Source: Scyliorhinus canicula (lineage: Eukaryota). From it: a stretch of 64,000 bases of DNA. Within the stretch, counting starts at the first letter, position 1. Each line of letters begins with the position of its first letter. The translations under genes and the position numbers were made by a program. The stretch lies in assembly GCF_902713615.1 (NCBI RefSeq), contig NC_052160.1, forward strand, positions 137,372,737 to 137,436,736. The letters run 5' to 3'. The notes beneath the pieces are model-generated. The model saw nothing but the letters and a program-made list of their open reading frames with translations, had not been told where the DNA came from and made no database searches. Below, piece by piece: positions 11,347 to 23,337 of the stretch.

Positions 11347-11670
11347 AATCCGTGTCTGTTCCTGTGTTGAAATTTCTATCGCCGCCAAATGTCTCACATT
11401 CTGGGGGCTCAGTGTCCGTCTCCTGTGAGTCTGTCCGGGGCTCCCTCCCCATTCAGTACACATGGACTGAAAGGACCCCGTCTGAAGAATCAAACATCGC
11501 CGACACCAATAAACTGGATCTCCGTTGTCGATCCTTCAAACAGCAACAGCAACAATATTACTGCACAGCCTCAAATACTCAAGGGAAACAATCCAGCGAA
11601 ATGGTGAATGTGATAGTCTTCAATAAAACAGAAAAGAGCTGCAGTTATGTGATACTAACTGAAACCATTG
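11347..11670 (+). CDS. Exon: Ig C2-type (FcRL/PECAM-like) domain, copy A
   Basis: TTTCCCACAG acceptor and ATTG|GTAAG donor, phase 1/1, 324 nt. Encodes SVSVPVL..VSCES..GSLPIQYTW..YYCTASN. Confidence 0.9.
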
Positions 11671-11779
11671 GTAAGATATATTCTATCCAAGCAATATGGT
11701 CAATGATGTTTATTCTTGTCTGTCTAAAATAGTCACTTGTTCACCTCCTTCAGTCACTCTGAGAACCTGCAACCAGAAA

Positions 11780-13481
11780 GGAATTGGAATGGAAAAGCAT
11801 CAACGGAATCCCACAACACTCTATTATTTAATAGATAATCTTTAAAATAGTCGTACCTATTTCGGTCGTATCTCAAGTCGTAAATAGTCGTTTCTCGACC
11901 TGAATCCGTTGACCACTTTGAAGGCCCCAACCAAACAGCAGTCTGGTAAAGCTGGTGTCGCAGAATCAACAGGTATCGGACCACTGCAGGTCTGGCACAG
12001 AAGCCTGATTAAGAACAGGCCAACACACGCCTGTATTCCATTTGCAGCAGTCCAGATGACTTTTAGTAAGATAAGATGTTAATGAAGACAAAGCAAACTT
12101 TGGAGAGGTTTTAAAGAATCATATTTCAGTCTTCAGAGGAATATTATTGTAGACCGGGAGAGGTTTAAGAGGGGCACTCAGAATCCGGAGAGGTGTTACT
12201 AATTTTTGTTCATGGGCAGTATCATTTGGCTGATAGTTGGGACAATTGAGCTCGATAAGATGAACTGATCCAAGACTGTGCTGTGGTCAATGTGCTTGAT
12301 CAAGCCTTGTCTGATTTCCTGCAGTCCAGGGAAAGGTTAATATTATCCAAGGAAATTCAATTAGCAAGACAGGCCAGGCCATGGAAACAGAACCAAGTTT
12401 TAATCCAGGGTGCAAGAGAAACTATTGACACAGTCCAGTTTGGTGAGAAAGAGAGTACCAGCATACCAACTTAAAAGCTGGTTCAGAATGAATAGGGAGC
12501 AGTCAGCACCATTGTCCATTGCTCCTGTTGTGGAGAGAAAGCATCCCGCCAGTGAAAAGATTGTCCTTCCAGACTCGGAGTGTCATTTGAGTCCTGCTGG
12601 AGGCAGGTGGAGCTGGTTTAGCACAGGGCTAAGTAGCTGGCTTTTAAAGCAGACCAAGGCAGGCCAGAAGCGCAGGTTCAATTCCCGTACCAGCCTCCCC
12701 GAACAGGCACCGGAATGTGGCGACTAGGGGCTTTTCACAGTAACTTCATTTGCAGCCGACTTGTGTCAATGAGCGATTTTCATTTCTTCAAAGCTCCTCT
12801 CCAAAATTTAACGGGAGGCCAATCAGATGCAAACAGTAATCAGGAAAGCGAAGACACAGGGGACCATAGCTTGCATTTCTTGGGCGAAGTTGAAAAATGC
12901 AAGAGGACCTTTTGGAGTCCGGGTATTATAGTCAATGGCCAGAAAACCAGTTTGAAACTAGACGTGGGACAGGGGTGTCAATTTTTCCACTGGAATCCAC
13001 TCAAGGTGCAAGTTGAAATGTTAGCAATAGAGGTCCCTAAAAACAAACCAGATCTTGCATCAGGTAAAAACGGTAATCCTCATTGAGACTTGTTTTTAAG
13101 AGATGTGTGTTTTTCACCCTGAGGGGAGGTTTCTTCTGAACAGAGAGAGGACCCAGACGGGAAGGCTAGAAACTGGTATTCATACTGAACTTTTGCACAA
13201 CAATAAAACAGTTGTGAATCGCAGAATGTCTTCTATTGCCTAATTCAGTGAATATATATCCACCTGTTTAACTCATTGCCATGCTTCATTACAATGGAAG
13301 GGAACTTACTGACGTTCTCTAGATTATTAATACTCACGGTTGCTCTGTATTAAGCACAAGCTTTGCAGCCTCTTTATTCACCAGTTCCAGTGGAAACCCA
13401 AGTCAATCCAGAACGGTTTAAACTAGTCTCCATAGTGGAAGCTCCACATTTGCAGCTACAGGTGGACATTCTGGATATTGT
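11780..13481 (+). mobile_element. Decayed Gypsy gag-protease-pol remnant, copy A
   Basis: Plus-frame peptides EGPNQTAVW.SWCRRINRYR, SYFSLQRNIIVDRERF, DELIQDCAVVNVLDQALSDFLQSRERL and FLGEV..IVNGQKTSLKLDVG (degenerate protease DTG motif). Confidence 0.65.
12607..12787 (+). mobile_element. Short (about 175 bp) tRNA-derived SINE, second family
   Basis: GGGGCTGGTTTAGCAC head and TTTTCATTTC tail. Related copies at about 15205(-), 21285(+), 47030(-), 48277(-) and 54133(+). Confidence 0.8.
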
Positions 13482-14975
13482 ATAGGAGGCAATACAAAGG
13501 TTGGCGTCATGCTTTCAGGCTGAGCGAAGATCTCCCCAATGTAGAGGAGACGCTATTGGGGGCAGAAAATACAGTCGACCAAATTGTAGGAAGTCCAAGA
13601 GAAATACTGCTTAACCTGAAAGTGAGTGATTGGGTCTTTGAATGGTGAGGCGGGAGGTGACTTATAACTTCTGCAATTGCAGGAGAAGTTGTCATGTGAT
13701 AGGATGGGCTTCTGGGCATGGTGGAGGAGTGGACCAGGGTGTCATGAAGGGAGCAGTCCCTGCAGAATGCTAACAGGGTGGATAACAAGAAGATGTTTTC
13801 TATGGTGGCATCATGCTGGAGTTGGGATAAATGGTGGAGGATGATCCTCTCAATGCAAAAGCCGGTGGGGTAGAAAGTGAGACCCGATCATGCCTCTGGG
13901 AGGAATGTGAAAGGCGAAGGACAAATGTGTGGGAGGAGGGTGGAAATCGGTTGAATTACCCTTCAACCACAAGGAGGGGAAAACTCGGTTAAGAAAAAAG
14001 GCAAACATTTCAGCAGCGCCATACCAGCAGGGCGGCATGGTAGCACAGTGGTTAGCACTGTCGCTTCACAGCTCCAGGGTCACAGGCTCGATTCCGGCTT
14101 TGGTCACTGTCTGTGTGGAGTCTGCATGTTCTCCCTGTGTAGGCGTGGGTTCCCGCCGGGAGTTCCGGTTTCTTCCCACAGTCCAAAGATGCCCAGGTTC
14201 GGTGGATTGCTGTGCTAAATTGTTCTTAGAGTCCAAAGGGGTTGGGTGGGGTTGCTGGTTTACAGGTATAGGGCGGGGGTGTGGGCTTAAGTCGGGTGCT
14301 CTTTCCAAGGGCCTGTGCAGACTCGATGGGCCGAATTCTGTGTCTACGTCTATCAGAAAAGATACAATACAGCTGGAGAAACTGGGAGAATGGGTACCCA
14401 TAGCCGCACCTTTATTTTCAGAAAGTGAGACAAGTTAAAGAAGAACATTTTGAGTGACAGAACAAGTTCAACTAGACGGAGGAGAGTGATGGTGGTTGGG
14501 GTTTGTCCAGGTCTCTGCTGAAGGAAGAAGTGATGACCCCTTAGACCCTCCTGGTGGTGGATGGAGGTGTAGAGGGATTGGACAACCCTTGTGAAGAGGA
14601 GGTGGTTCAGACCGGGGAACTGGAAATTGTTGATGTGATGTAAGGAATCAGAGGAATCCCGAATGCAGGTGGGAAGAGGCTGGACAAGGGGAGTGAGGAT
14701 GGAGTCAGGATTGGAAGAAATGAGTTCTGTGGGGCAGGAAGAAGCTGATGCAATGGGTCTACCAGGGCAGACCTGTTTGTGGATTTTGGGAAGGAGGTAC
14801 AAGCGGGCTGTGCAGGGTTGGTCGACTGTGAAATTGGAAGCTTTGGAGAGAAGATCTCCAGATATGACGAGGTCAGTGACCATCCTGGAAATAATGGCTT
14901 GATGTTTGGTGGTGGGATCATGATCCAGGGGGAGGGAGGAGGAAGTGTCTGAGTTTCAGATTCCAGTATCCATGG
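13482..14975 (-). mobile_element. Penelope-like remnant, copy B (no CR1 insertion; SINE at 14031-14338)
   Basis: ORFs 13507..13788 (AFCRDCSLHDTLVHS) and 14353..14883 (LYLLPKIHK, SLYTSI). Confidence 0.75.
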
Positions 14976-15485
14976 TAATTTTATTCGACTGTGAATCAGG
15001 TTTGACAATTAGGTTTGTAAAACTCTTGACGATGTCACTGAATGGCACACTGGAGTTAAACCCCACAATACGAGGCAGAACCCTAATTTCCAGGTTCCCC
15101 ATGCTCTCCCAGTAAGTCAAGAAAATACCCCAATTATTTCAAAAGTAAATCATTGGCTGTGAAATGCTTTGGGACACTGAGGCCATGAAAAGTGTCTATA
15201 TAATAATAATCGCTTATTGTCACAAGTGGGCTTCAATGAAGCTACTGTGAAAAGCCCCTAGTCACCACATTCCGGCGACTGTTCGGGGAGGCTGGTATGG
15301 GAATTGAACCCGCGCTGCTGGCCTTGTTCTACATGACAAGCCAGCTTTTTAGCCCACTGTGCTAAACCAGCCCCATATTAATGCTTACTTCCATTACAAA
15401 CTAGGTTGGATTTAACTCATTAAAATCTATCTGTTTGAATTAAGTAGTTATTTCCTGATCAATTTCTGAAATGTTGTCTCCTCAG

Positions 15486-15797
15486 TTTCAGATGCATTGT
15501 GGGCAGAAAAGAAAGTGCGTGGAATTGTGGGAAGAACGGTCACAATAAATTGTCACTATGATGCATGGTACAAGTCATATATTAAATATTGGTGTCACGG
15601 TACGACTATCACGTGTAAAGTTTTAGCACAAACAAATTGGCAAAATGGAAGAATATCAATCACTGATAACAAGTCACAAACAACATTTGTTGTTACTATG
15701 GAGGATCTTCGCCCAGCAGATGCAGGATGGTACAGCTGTGGTATTGAAACAGCTGTTCTCGATCCAAAGTTTTCTGTGGAGCTTCAAACATCTTACG
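15486..15797 (+). CDS. Exon: pIgR/CD300-like Ig V domain 3
   Basis: CTCAG acceptor and TACG|GTACA donor, phase 1/1. Encodes VSDALWAEKKVRG..KYWCHGTTITC..DAGWYSCG. Confidence 0.88.
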
Positions 15798-16989
15798 GTA
15801 CATTTCTAAGTTTTATTTTATTACTTTCTATTGAAATGTCTGATCATTGTTTTCTCTGTGAGGAAACTTGGCTCCGATATCAGTACAGGGTCTGGCAGAT
15901 AGAGGGCAGCGGTCAGGGAAACTGATTCTTGTTACACAAACCCAATTCATGTCATGGCCAACTTGTCACACTGTCAGGTGTTTGATTTCAGAAAGCAAGT
16001 TGTCAACAATGGTGTTAGTCCAGAGAATCATAGAAGTGTTACAGCACAAAAGGAGGCCATTCAGTCCATCTTGTCCCTGCTGGCCAAAGGACACCCAGGT
16101 GCCCTTTCTAATCCCACCATGTTACGCCCCCGGTCCATAGCCCTGTATCTTAGAGCATGTAATTGCAGATCCAGGTACTTTTAAGAACAGCTTAGACTCT
16201 GCCTCCACCACCAACATGGGCAGCAAATTCCAGACACTCACTACTCTCTGCGTTGTCATCAAATAGAATCAATCCACTGAATTTCACAGCTTCCATAGTC
16301 TTCCTGATATGTCGAGTGACTCAAATAATCAATAAGACACTGAGGTCAGCCTAACAGAATTCAACTTTACAAAGGACATAGTGGGTGTGAGGGGAGGAAG
16401 GGCAGAGCTTGGCATGTGAGCATGACTGGGTCGTGGGTGTGGGCAATGGGCCATTGGGTTGATGATGGAATTGAGGGTAGTGGGAGACTGCGACTTGGCA
16501 GAAGGGGATGAGCAGAACCTTTTTAACTTGGCTTAACTTCAAACGAGTTGGTGAAAATCCAGTTTAGTGTTCTTTTCATGGGGATTTTCTCAAGGGTCAT
16601 TTTTTGAATTCCAGGTGCTCATTTTTCATTCTCATTAACTCCCTGATTAGGTGATGTTATTGCAAGATTACGTTCTCCATTCATGTTCTGTTTTTAATGT
16701 TTCCTTTAGGGTACATAATCAAATCTTTTAATTTTAAATCTATAGAAAAGATGGTACTGCGAATTGACTATAAATAAATCTCCCATACTCCATTTCGAAC
16801 GGAAGATTCTGAACATTTGGCACATGGTAACTGAATAGGAACAAGTCTCAGTCGTGTCGCCCTGGACAGTGGGGAGGGAGGAGATGGAAGTGAAGATGTT
16901 GGCATGTCCTCCCACAATGTGCGGGATCAGTATTTAGTATATCTGTATATTAGACTGAGGCAACTAGTCCCTCCTGGTCCAGGGTACCT

Positions 16990-18900
16990 TACACACAAAC
17001 CCAGTACTATCTTATTCAGTCTTATTCAAAGATTTGGGCACAAAAATCGGGAGATTCTGAAGCACCATCATCTTTACCATTTGGACCCTTCCAGCCAACA
17101 ACATGGCAACGGATCCCACCTCCTAAAGCCCTCCTTCATTCCCTCCATCAGCTTTGCCAGATTCAACTTCTGCAGCTGGGCCCAGCTCTGTCACATATCT
17201 ATCCCAAGATACCGAAAGCCCATCCCTACCAACCGAAATGGCAACCTCCTCAAATCCTTAAACCGCAGCCACCTCCACCCCGTACCCCCCCCCCCCCCCC
17301 CCCCAACCCTCCCGCCTCCCCATCCCCGGAATTGGGAATACCACACCTTTCCCCATACTGGGCTTATACACCCAAAAAAGACTGAATTCGCCCATGGTCC
17401 CGTACTTCTGTCAAAACTTTGAACCAGGTTTGCAACATATAACAAGAGGTTGTCAGCATCTAAACAGTCTCGGTGTTCCACCCACACACACACCTCAATA
17501 TTCCGCCACCCCCTCAAAGCCCTAAGTGCCAATGCCAACCGATTGATCACTAGGGCAAGGAGAAAAGGGGTGGACGGGCATCCCAGCCTCATCCTCCGAT
17601 GCAACCCAAAATATTCCAAATTGAGACTATTGGTCTCAAACACCTTCTCCACATCCATAGACATCACCATCTCCACTTCCCGGCCCATCGAGGGCATCAT
17701 TATCTCATTCAATAACCTCTGAACATTGGCAGATAACTGCCATCCCTTCACCAACCTCGTCTGTCACCCCGCCACACAATCCTCTATCCGCATCGCCAGC
17801 ACCTTCGCCAATAGTTTCGCATCCACGTTTAACAACGATATCGGGTGGTACGACCCACACTGCTCCGGCTCTTTATCTTTCTTTAAACTGAGCAAGTTCG
17901 ATGCCTGACACAGTTTGGGGGAAGCTCACCTCTCCCCACCGACACATTGTAAATCTCCACTAACAGGGGCCCCAGGAACGACCCAAAGCTCTGATAAAAC
18001 TCCGCTAGGAACCCACCCGGGCCTGGGCTCTTCCCCGACTGCGTCACCCCAACACGCTACCTCACCTCACCCAGACCAATCGGGACACCCAGCCCCTGTA
18101 CCCTCACCTCATCCACCCTCAGGAAATCCAGCCCATTCGAAAACCGCCTCATGCCCTGACCCCCACCATGAGCACCGAACTGTACACTTCCGATAAAATG
18201 CCTCAAACACCCATTTACCTTCTCCAGCCCCGTTACAAGCTTCCCCCACCACCCCCCCATCCCTCATCCGCTCAATTTCCCTCGCCGCCTGCCTCCTCAG
18301 CTGATGCGCGTGCATCCTGCTCGCCTTCTCCCCATCCTCGTACACTGCCCCTCTGCTCTTGCGTAGCTGTCCCACCGCCTCCCCCGGCGACACTCGCCCA
18401 AACTCCATTTGGAGCTTCTGCCTCTCCTTCAGCAGCACCTCCTCAGACACCACCGAGTATCTCTGGTCCACCGTCAGAATGGACTCCACCACCCTCAGCC
18501 TCGCTGCCCACTCTGCCCTCACCTTATGCACCCTAATCAAAATAGACCCCCCTCTAACCACTGCCTTCAACCCCTCCCACAACGCAGCTGCCGTGACCTC
18601 CCACATCTTATTATGCCCACATAGTTCTGTATAGTCCCACCTATCTTCTCACAAACTTACTTATTGGCCAATAACACCACATCCATCCTCCATTGTGGCC
18701 TCTGGGAGATTGCTGCAAATCCACCCAGTGTGGCCCACACTGTCTGATTGGATGGTAAGACTGGTTCCTGGCCTTTAATTGGCCGTACATTGAAAATTGT
18801 AATGGGCATATTAAAATAATTATGCACAGTGTCAGGGCCCAGAACTATCTGCCATGTCCACTTCACATAACCTTGATCAAATATCCACCCCATGGAGAGG
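16990..18900 (-). mobile_element. L1/Tx1-clade ORF2 remnant, copy B
   Basis: MVKGWQLSANVQRLLN..MDVEKVF..CPSTPFLLAL (17191..17754) and LWEGLKAVVRG..YEDGEKASR (18109..18606). Confidence 0.75.
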
Positions 18901-19016
18901 TAGACATGTCATTCCAACATGGCTGACTCCGGTCGAAATGTTGAAAGGCAAAACATGATGAGTATTTGATATTGAGAAGCTTAGTCAGTATCTGAATGTT
19001 TGTTTCTTTCTCACAG

Positions 19017-19340
19017 AATCCGTCTCTGTTCCTGTGCTCAGATTTGTATCACCATCAAACGTCTCATGTTCTGGGGGCTCAGTGTCCGTCTCCTGTGAGT
19101 CTGCCCGGGGCTCCCTCCCCATTCAGTACACATGGACTGAAAAGACCCCGTCTGGAGATTCAAGCATCTCCGACACCAATGAACTGGATCTCCGTTGTCA
19201 ATCCTTCAAACAGCAACAGCATCAATATTACTGCACAGCCTCAAATACTCAGGGGGAACAATCCAGTCAAATGGTGAATGTTTCGGTGATCAACCTTTCA
19301 GAGCAGAGCTGCAGTTATGTGACACAAATTGGAAGCATTG
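19017..19340 (+). CDS. Exon: Ig C2-type domain, copy B
   Basis: TTTCTCACAG acceptor and ATTG|GTAAG donor, phase 1/1, 324 nt. Paralog of 11347-11670. Confidence 0.9.
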
Positions 19341-19487
19341 GTAAGAGATACTTTATCCAAACAATATGGTCAATGATGTTTATTCTTGTCTGTCTAAAAT
19401 AGTCACTTGTTCACCTCCTTCAGTCACTCTGAGAATCTACCACTGGCCAAATTCACTCTATGTGGCTCCTCACAGAACAAAGTCACT

Positions 19488-20130
19488 GGGGGTGATTCTC
19501 CCAAATGGAGCCCAAGTGTTCGCGCCGTTGTGAACGCTGTCGCCCACAGGGGGCCAGCACGGCGCTGGAGTGGTTCACGCCACTCTCGTCTCCCTTCCCG
19601 GCGCCGCGCCAACTTGTGCATGCGCGGGGGACTTCTTCTTCAGCACGCCGGCCCCGACACAACATGTCGTGGGGATTCAGGGGCCGGCCGCGCAGGAAAG
19701 TAGGTCCGGGGTGGGGGGGGGGGGAGGGGAGGGAAAGAGGCCAGCCCGCCGATCGGTGGGCCCCGATCACGGGCCAGGCCCCATCGGAGGCCCCCCTCCC
19801 CCCCCCCGGGGACGGAGCGCCACTCCCCCCCCCACCACCCGCCCCTGGCCCTTCGCGCCGAGTTCCCGCCGGCAGCGACCAGCGGTGAATGGCGCCAGCG
19901 GGACTCTGTCGTATCCGCGCGGCCCATTCGGGCCGGAGAATCGGCGGCCCTGCCGATTCCAGCAGCCCGCGGCCAGCGTCGCATCAAACACGCCGGCGCA
20001 AATGGTGCCGATTCTCCAAACCTCGGAGAATTGCGCACCGGCGTCGGGGCGTCGTGGCGGGGTTGCTCCAATTCTCCGGCCCGGCTCGGGGCTCGGAGAA
20101 TCCCCCCCCCCCCCCCCCCCCCTCCCCCCA
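19488..20130. mobile_element. GC-rich MITE-like element (GGGNGNGATTCTCC termini)
   Basis: GATTCTCC...GGAGAATC inverted ends. Absent from duplicate A; probable ACT TSD. Confidence 0.65.
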
Positions 20131-20499
20131 CTGATTTGCATTCATCGTCAACAATAAAATATCTTCAAGGCGTGTAAATTGAAAATGGAGTTTGAGTTAC
20201 GAAGCTTTGATTAATCTATTTTCCAATTTCTGGCAGACAGGATTGTGAAATGCAACCTTGAACTGGTGTGCCCTCGTTGTTGTAGTACAAAGGGTTAATA
20301 ATGGTCATGCTAATAGCTAGTACGCATCATCAGTGTTGTCAAATCACGTCTTCAGAACTGAAAGAGAGCTGTTTCTGGAAGGAAACTCATGATAATCTAT
20401 CCCTGCACATGGGGAAGGTTGATAATCAAACTTCTCGATGGTAATGGTAAAGTTACCGAACAGCAAGGATGCCTGACACAATTGCCAGTTGCAGGAAAG

Positions 20500-22800
20500 T
20501 GGAAGCCATGGAAAATGGAGCAGTGAGGGAAAAACCGTGGAAAAGAATTGGAAAGGAAAGCATCAACGGAGTTCCACAACAATCAATTGATTAAGAGATA
20601 ATCGTTGAAAAAATCCTACCTCCACCTGAATCCGTTGACCACTTTGAAGGCCCCAACCAAACAGCAGTCTGGTAAAGCCGGTGTCGCAGAATCAACAGGT
20701 ATCGGACCACTGCAGGTCTGGCACAGAAGCCTGATTATGGCTGGATGTGTCCCCAAGCCGGTGTAAAAACGCTGGCCTTTCCCTCCAGACTTTACTGAAA
20801 AAGATTTACAGCAATTCACTTACCTACAGGGGGCTGGCAGGGACCCGGAGTGATTCCCGCACATCCGGTTTCGAGTCCGCGCATGTGCACAGCGGCCGCG
20901 CCAAGCGCGATGACGGACTTGAACTGCGGACCTAAACCAAGCAACGAGGTCCCACCGATCTGCCCCATGCCAATTCATCTATTCGATCGCTGCCCCGGCC
21001 GCCCATAAGGCCCCCCCCCCTCCCCCAGTGATGGATCCCACCGCCCCCACCAGGAGTCCGCAGCCACTGTGCATGAGTCCCGACCGGCCAGACGTGGTTA
21101 GAACACGCCGTCGGGAACTCGGCCGGTCGGGAACGGAGTACCACTTAAAAGCCGATTCAGAATGAATAGGGAGCAGTCAACACCACTGTCCATTGCTCCT
21201 GTTGTGGAGAGAAAGCATCCCACCAGTGAAAAGATTCTCCTTCCAGACTCAGAGTGTCATTTGAGTCCTGCTGGAGGCAGGTGGAGCTGGTTTAGCACAG
21301 GGCTAAAAAGCTGGTTTTTAAAGAAGACCAAGGCAGGCCAGCAACACGGTTCAATTCCCGCACCAGCCTCCCCGAACAGGCGCCGGAATATGGCGACTAG
21401 GGGCTTTTCACAGTAACTTCATTTGAAGCCGACTTGTGTCAATAAGCGATTTTCATTTCATTAAGCTCCTCTCCAAAATTCAACGGGAGGCCAATCAGAT
21501 GCAAACATTAAGCAGGAAAGCGAAGGCACAGGGGACCATAACGTGCATTTCTTGGGCAAAGTTCAAAAATCGAAGAGGACCTTTTGGAGTCCGGGTATTA
21601 TAGTCAATTGCAGAAAACTAGTTTAAAACTAGACGTGGGACAGGAGTGTCAATTTGTCCACTGGAATCCACTCGAGGTGCAAGTTGAAATGTTAGCAATA
21701 CAGGTCCCGAAGAACAAACCAGATCTTGCATCAGAGTGAATTGAGAAAAGGTAATCCTCATTAAGACTTGATTTTAAGAGAAATTCGTTTTTCCCCCTAA
21801 AGGATTGGATTGGATTTGTTTATTGTCACGTGTACCGAGGTACAGTGAAAAGTGTTTTTCTGCGAGCAGCTCAACAGATCATTAAGTACATGGGAAGAAA
21901 AGGGAATAAAAGAAAATACATAATACGGCAACACAAGATAAAGGGGAGGTTTCTTCTGAACAGAGAGAGGACCCAGACGGGAAGACTAGAAACTGGTATT
22001 CGTAATGAACTTTTGCACAACAATAAAACAGTTGTGAATCGCAGAATGTCTTCTATTGCCTAATTCAGTGAATATATATCCACCTGTTTAACTCATTGCC
22101 ATGCTTCATTACACTGGAAGGGAACTTACTGACGCTCCCTAGATTATTGTTACTCACGATTGCTCTGTATTAAGCACAAGCTTTGTAGCCTCTTTATTCG
22201 CCAGTTCCAGAATCAACTCAGAACGGTTTAAACTAGTCTGCATAGTGGAAGCTCCACCTTTGCAGCTACCGGTGGACATTCTGGATATTGTTGTGATCCT
22301 TGAGTAGAGGGTGGGTGCGGACCGTATCCAGACCACCACTGACAACGGTGAGCAGACAGTGTCTGAACAGATACTGTATGAGGAAGGTAACCAACATATC
22401 ACTAATGGATGTGACCAAAACATTGTCGATGAGTGTGACCAGGATGCTAGTCCACCTGACCATTCAGGTAAGGACATCAATGACATGAAACAACCTGGTG
22501 CCGACATTAACTTTCACAAGGAGAAACCAGGCACTGAAGATCCGCCAATGTTGCAATTGCAGAACACAAAGTTGACTCCACAAACGCTGATATCAAGGCT
22601 GAAGAGGAAGTGGCTAAAACTGCTGATGTAGCAGCTGCTAATCTTACACACACCTCAGATGTACAAGGAAGGGTAACTTCTCTGAATCTAGTAGAGGCAG
22701 AAGAACAACAATCTACTCAGAAAAATACCGGATAGTAACAGAACCTGAGGTGATATTCAACACAATTTCTAATCTTAGCTCTCAAAAATTACAATACCTA
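20500..22800 (+). mobile_element. Decayed Gypsy remnant, copy B (internal deletion replaced by a GC-rich insert at about 20740-21150)
   Basis: Homologous to 11780-13481. Continues past the duplication junction into an acidic low-complexity frame (22311-22735, one frameshift). Confidence 0.55.
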
Positions 22801-22810
22801 ATGAACAGAT

Positions 22811-23120
22811 TGTGGTGAATGTAACTCCGTAATTCACACTGTATTGTATATACATGAGACCATGCATTGATAAGCGCAGTTGCATTGCCTGACCACTAGG
22901 GGGAGTAGCGCTGGGAATGCTGCGGCGTTTGCACAGGGCTCCACCCTTGGCTCCGCCCATGACTCCTCCCCCTGGACTGCTGTATAAATACCAATGCTCA
23001 GAGCCAGTCGTTCAGTTCATCGAGAGTTCAATGCGGAACAGGCTGGCTCTGTTGTAAGCAGATTAAAACCACTGTTCATATCTTAAAGCACGTGTCTAGT
23101 GAATTGATGGTTCCATCACA
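22811..23120 (+). mobile_element. Solo LTR-like element (about 310 bp)
   Basis: TGTGGTG...CATCACA termini, with internal TATAAATA and ATTAAA. No clean TSD and no PPT seen. Confidence 0.55.
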
Positions 23121-23337
23121 GGTATGACCTGCAAAAGGACAAGGGCTGTAGACAGTTGGGAACACACCACCTTGAAGTTCCCCTCCAAGTCACTCACCAT
23201 CTATATGTTGGCTATGAGCATTAAGCAGCAAAGGACATAAGAACATAAGAACATAAGAACTAGGAGCAGGAGTAGGCCATCTGGCCCCTCGAGCCTGCTC
23301 CGCCATTCAATTAGATCATGGCTGATCTTTTGTGGAC

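Noticed and set aside
11754-11984. Protein-like minus-strand ORF, considered as a captured gene or viral relic
   Set aside because: The plus strand reads as Gypsy gag and protease, so this is the antisense shadow.
7192-15797. Rearranging Ig/TCR V segments with RSS
   Set aside because: The V exons end in ordinary splice donors and no heptamer-spacer-nonamer flanks them. The CACAGTG hits I noticed lie inside repeats.
19424-20157. Clusters of Pro/Gly/Arg-rich ORFs (also 40338-40824, 51587-52322, 59291-59893, 61085-61850)
   Set aside because: Stop-poor GC-rich MITE interiors with no domain motifs or splice structure.
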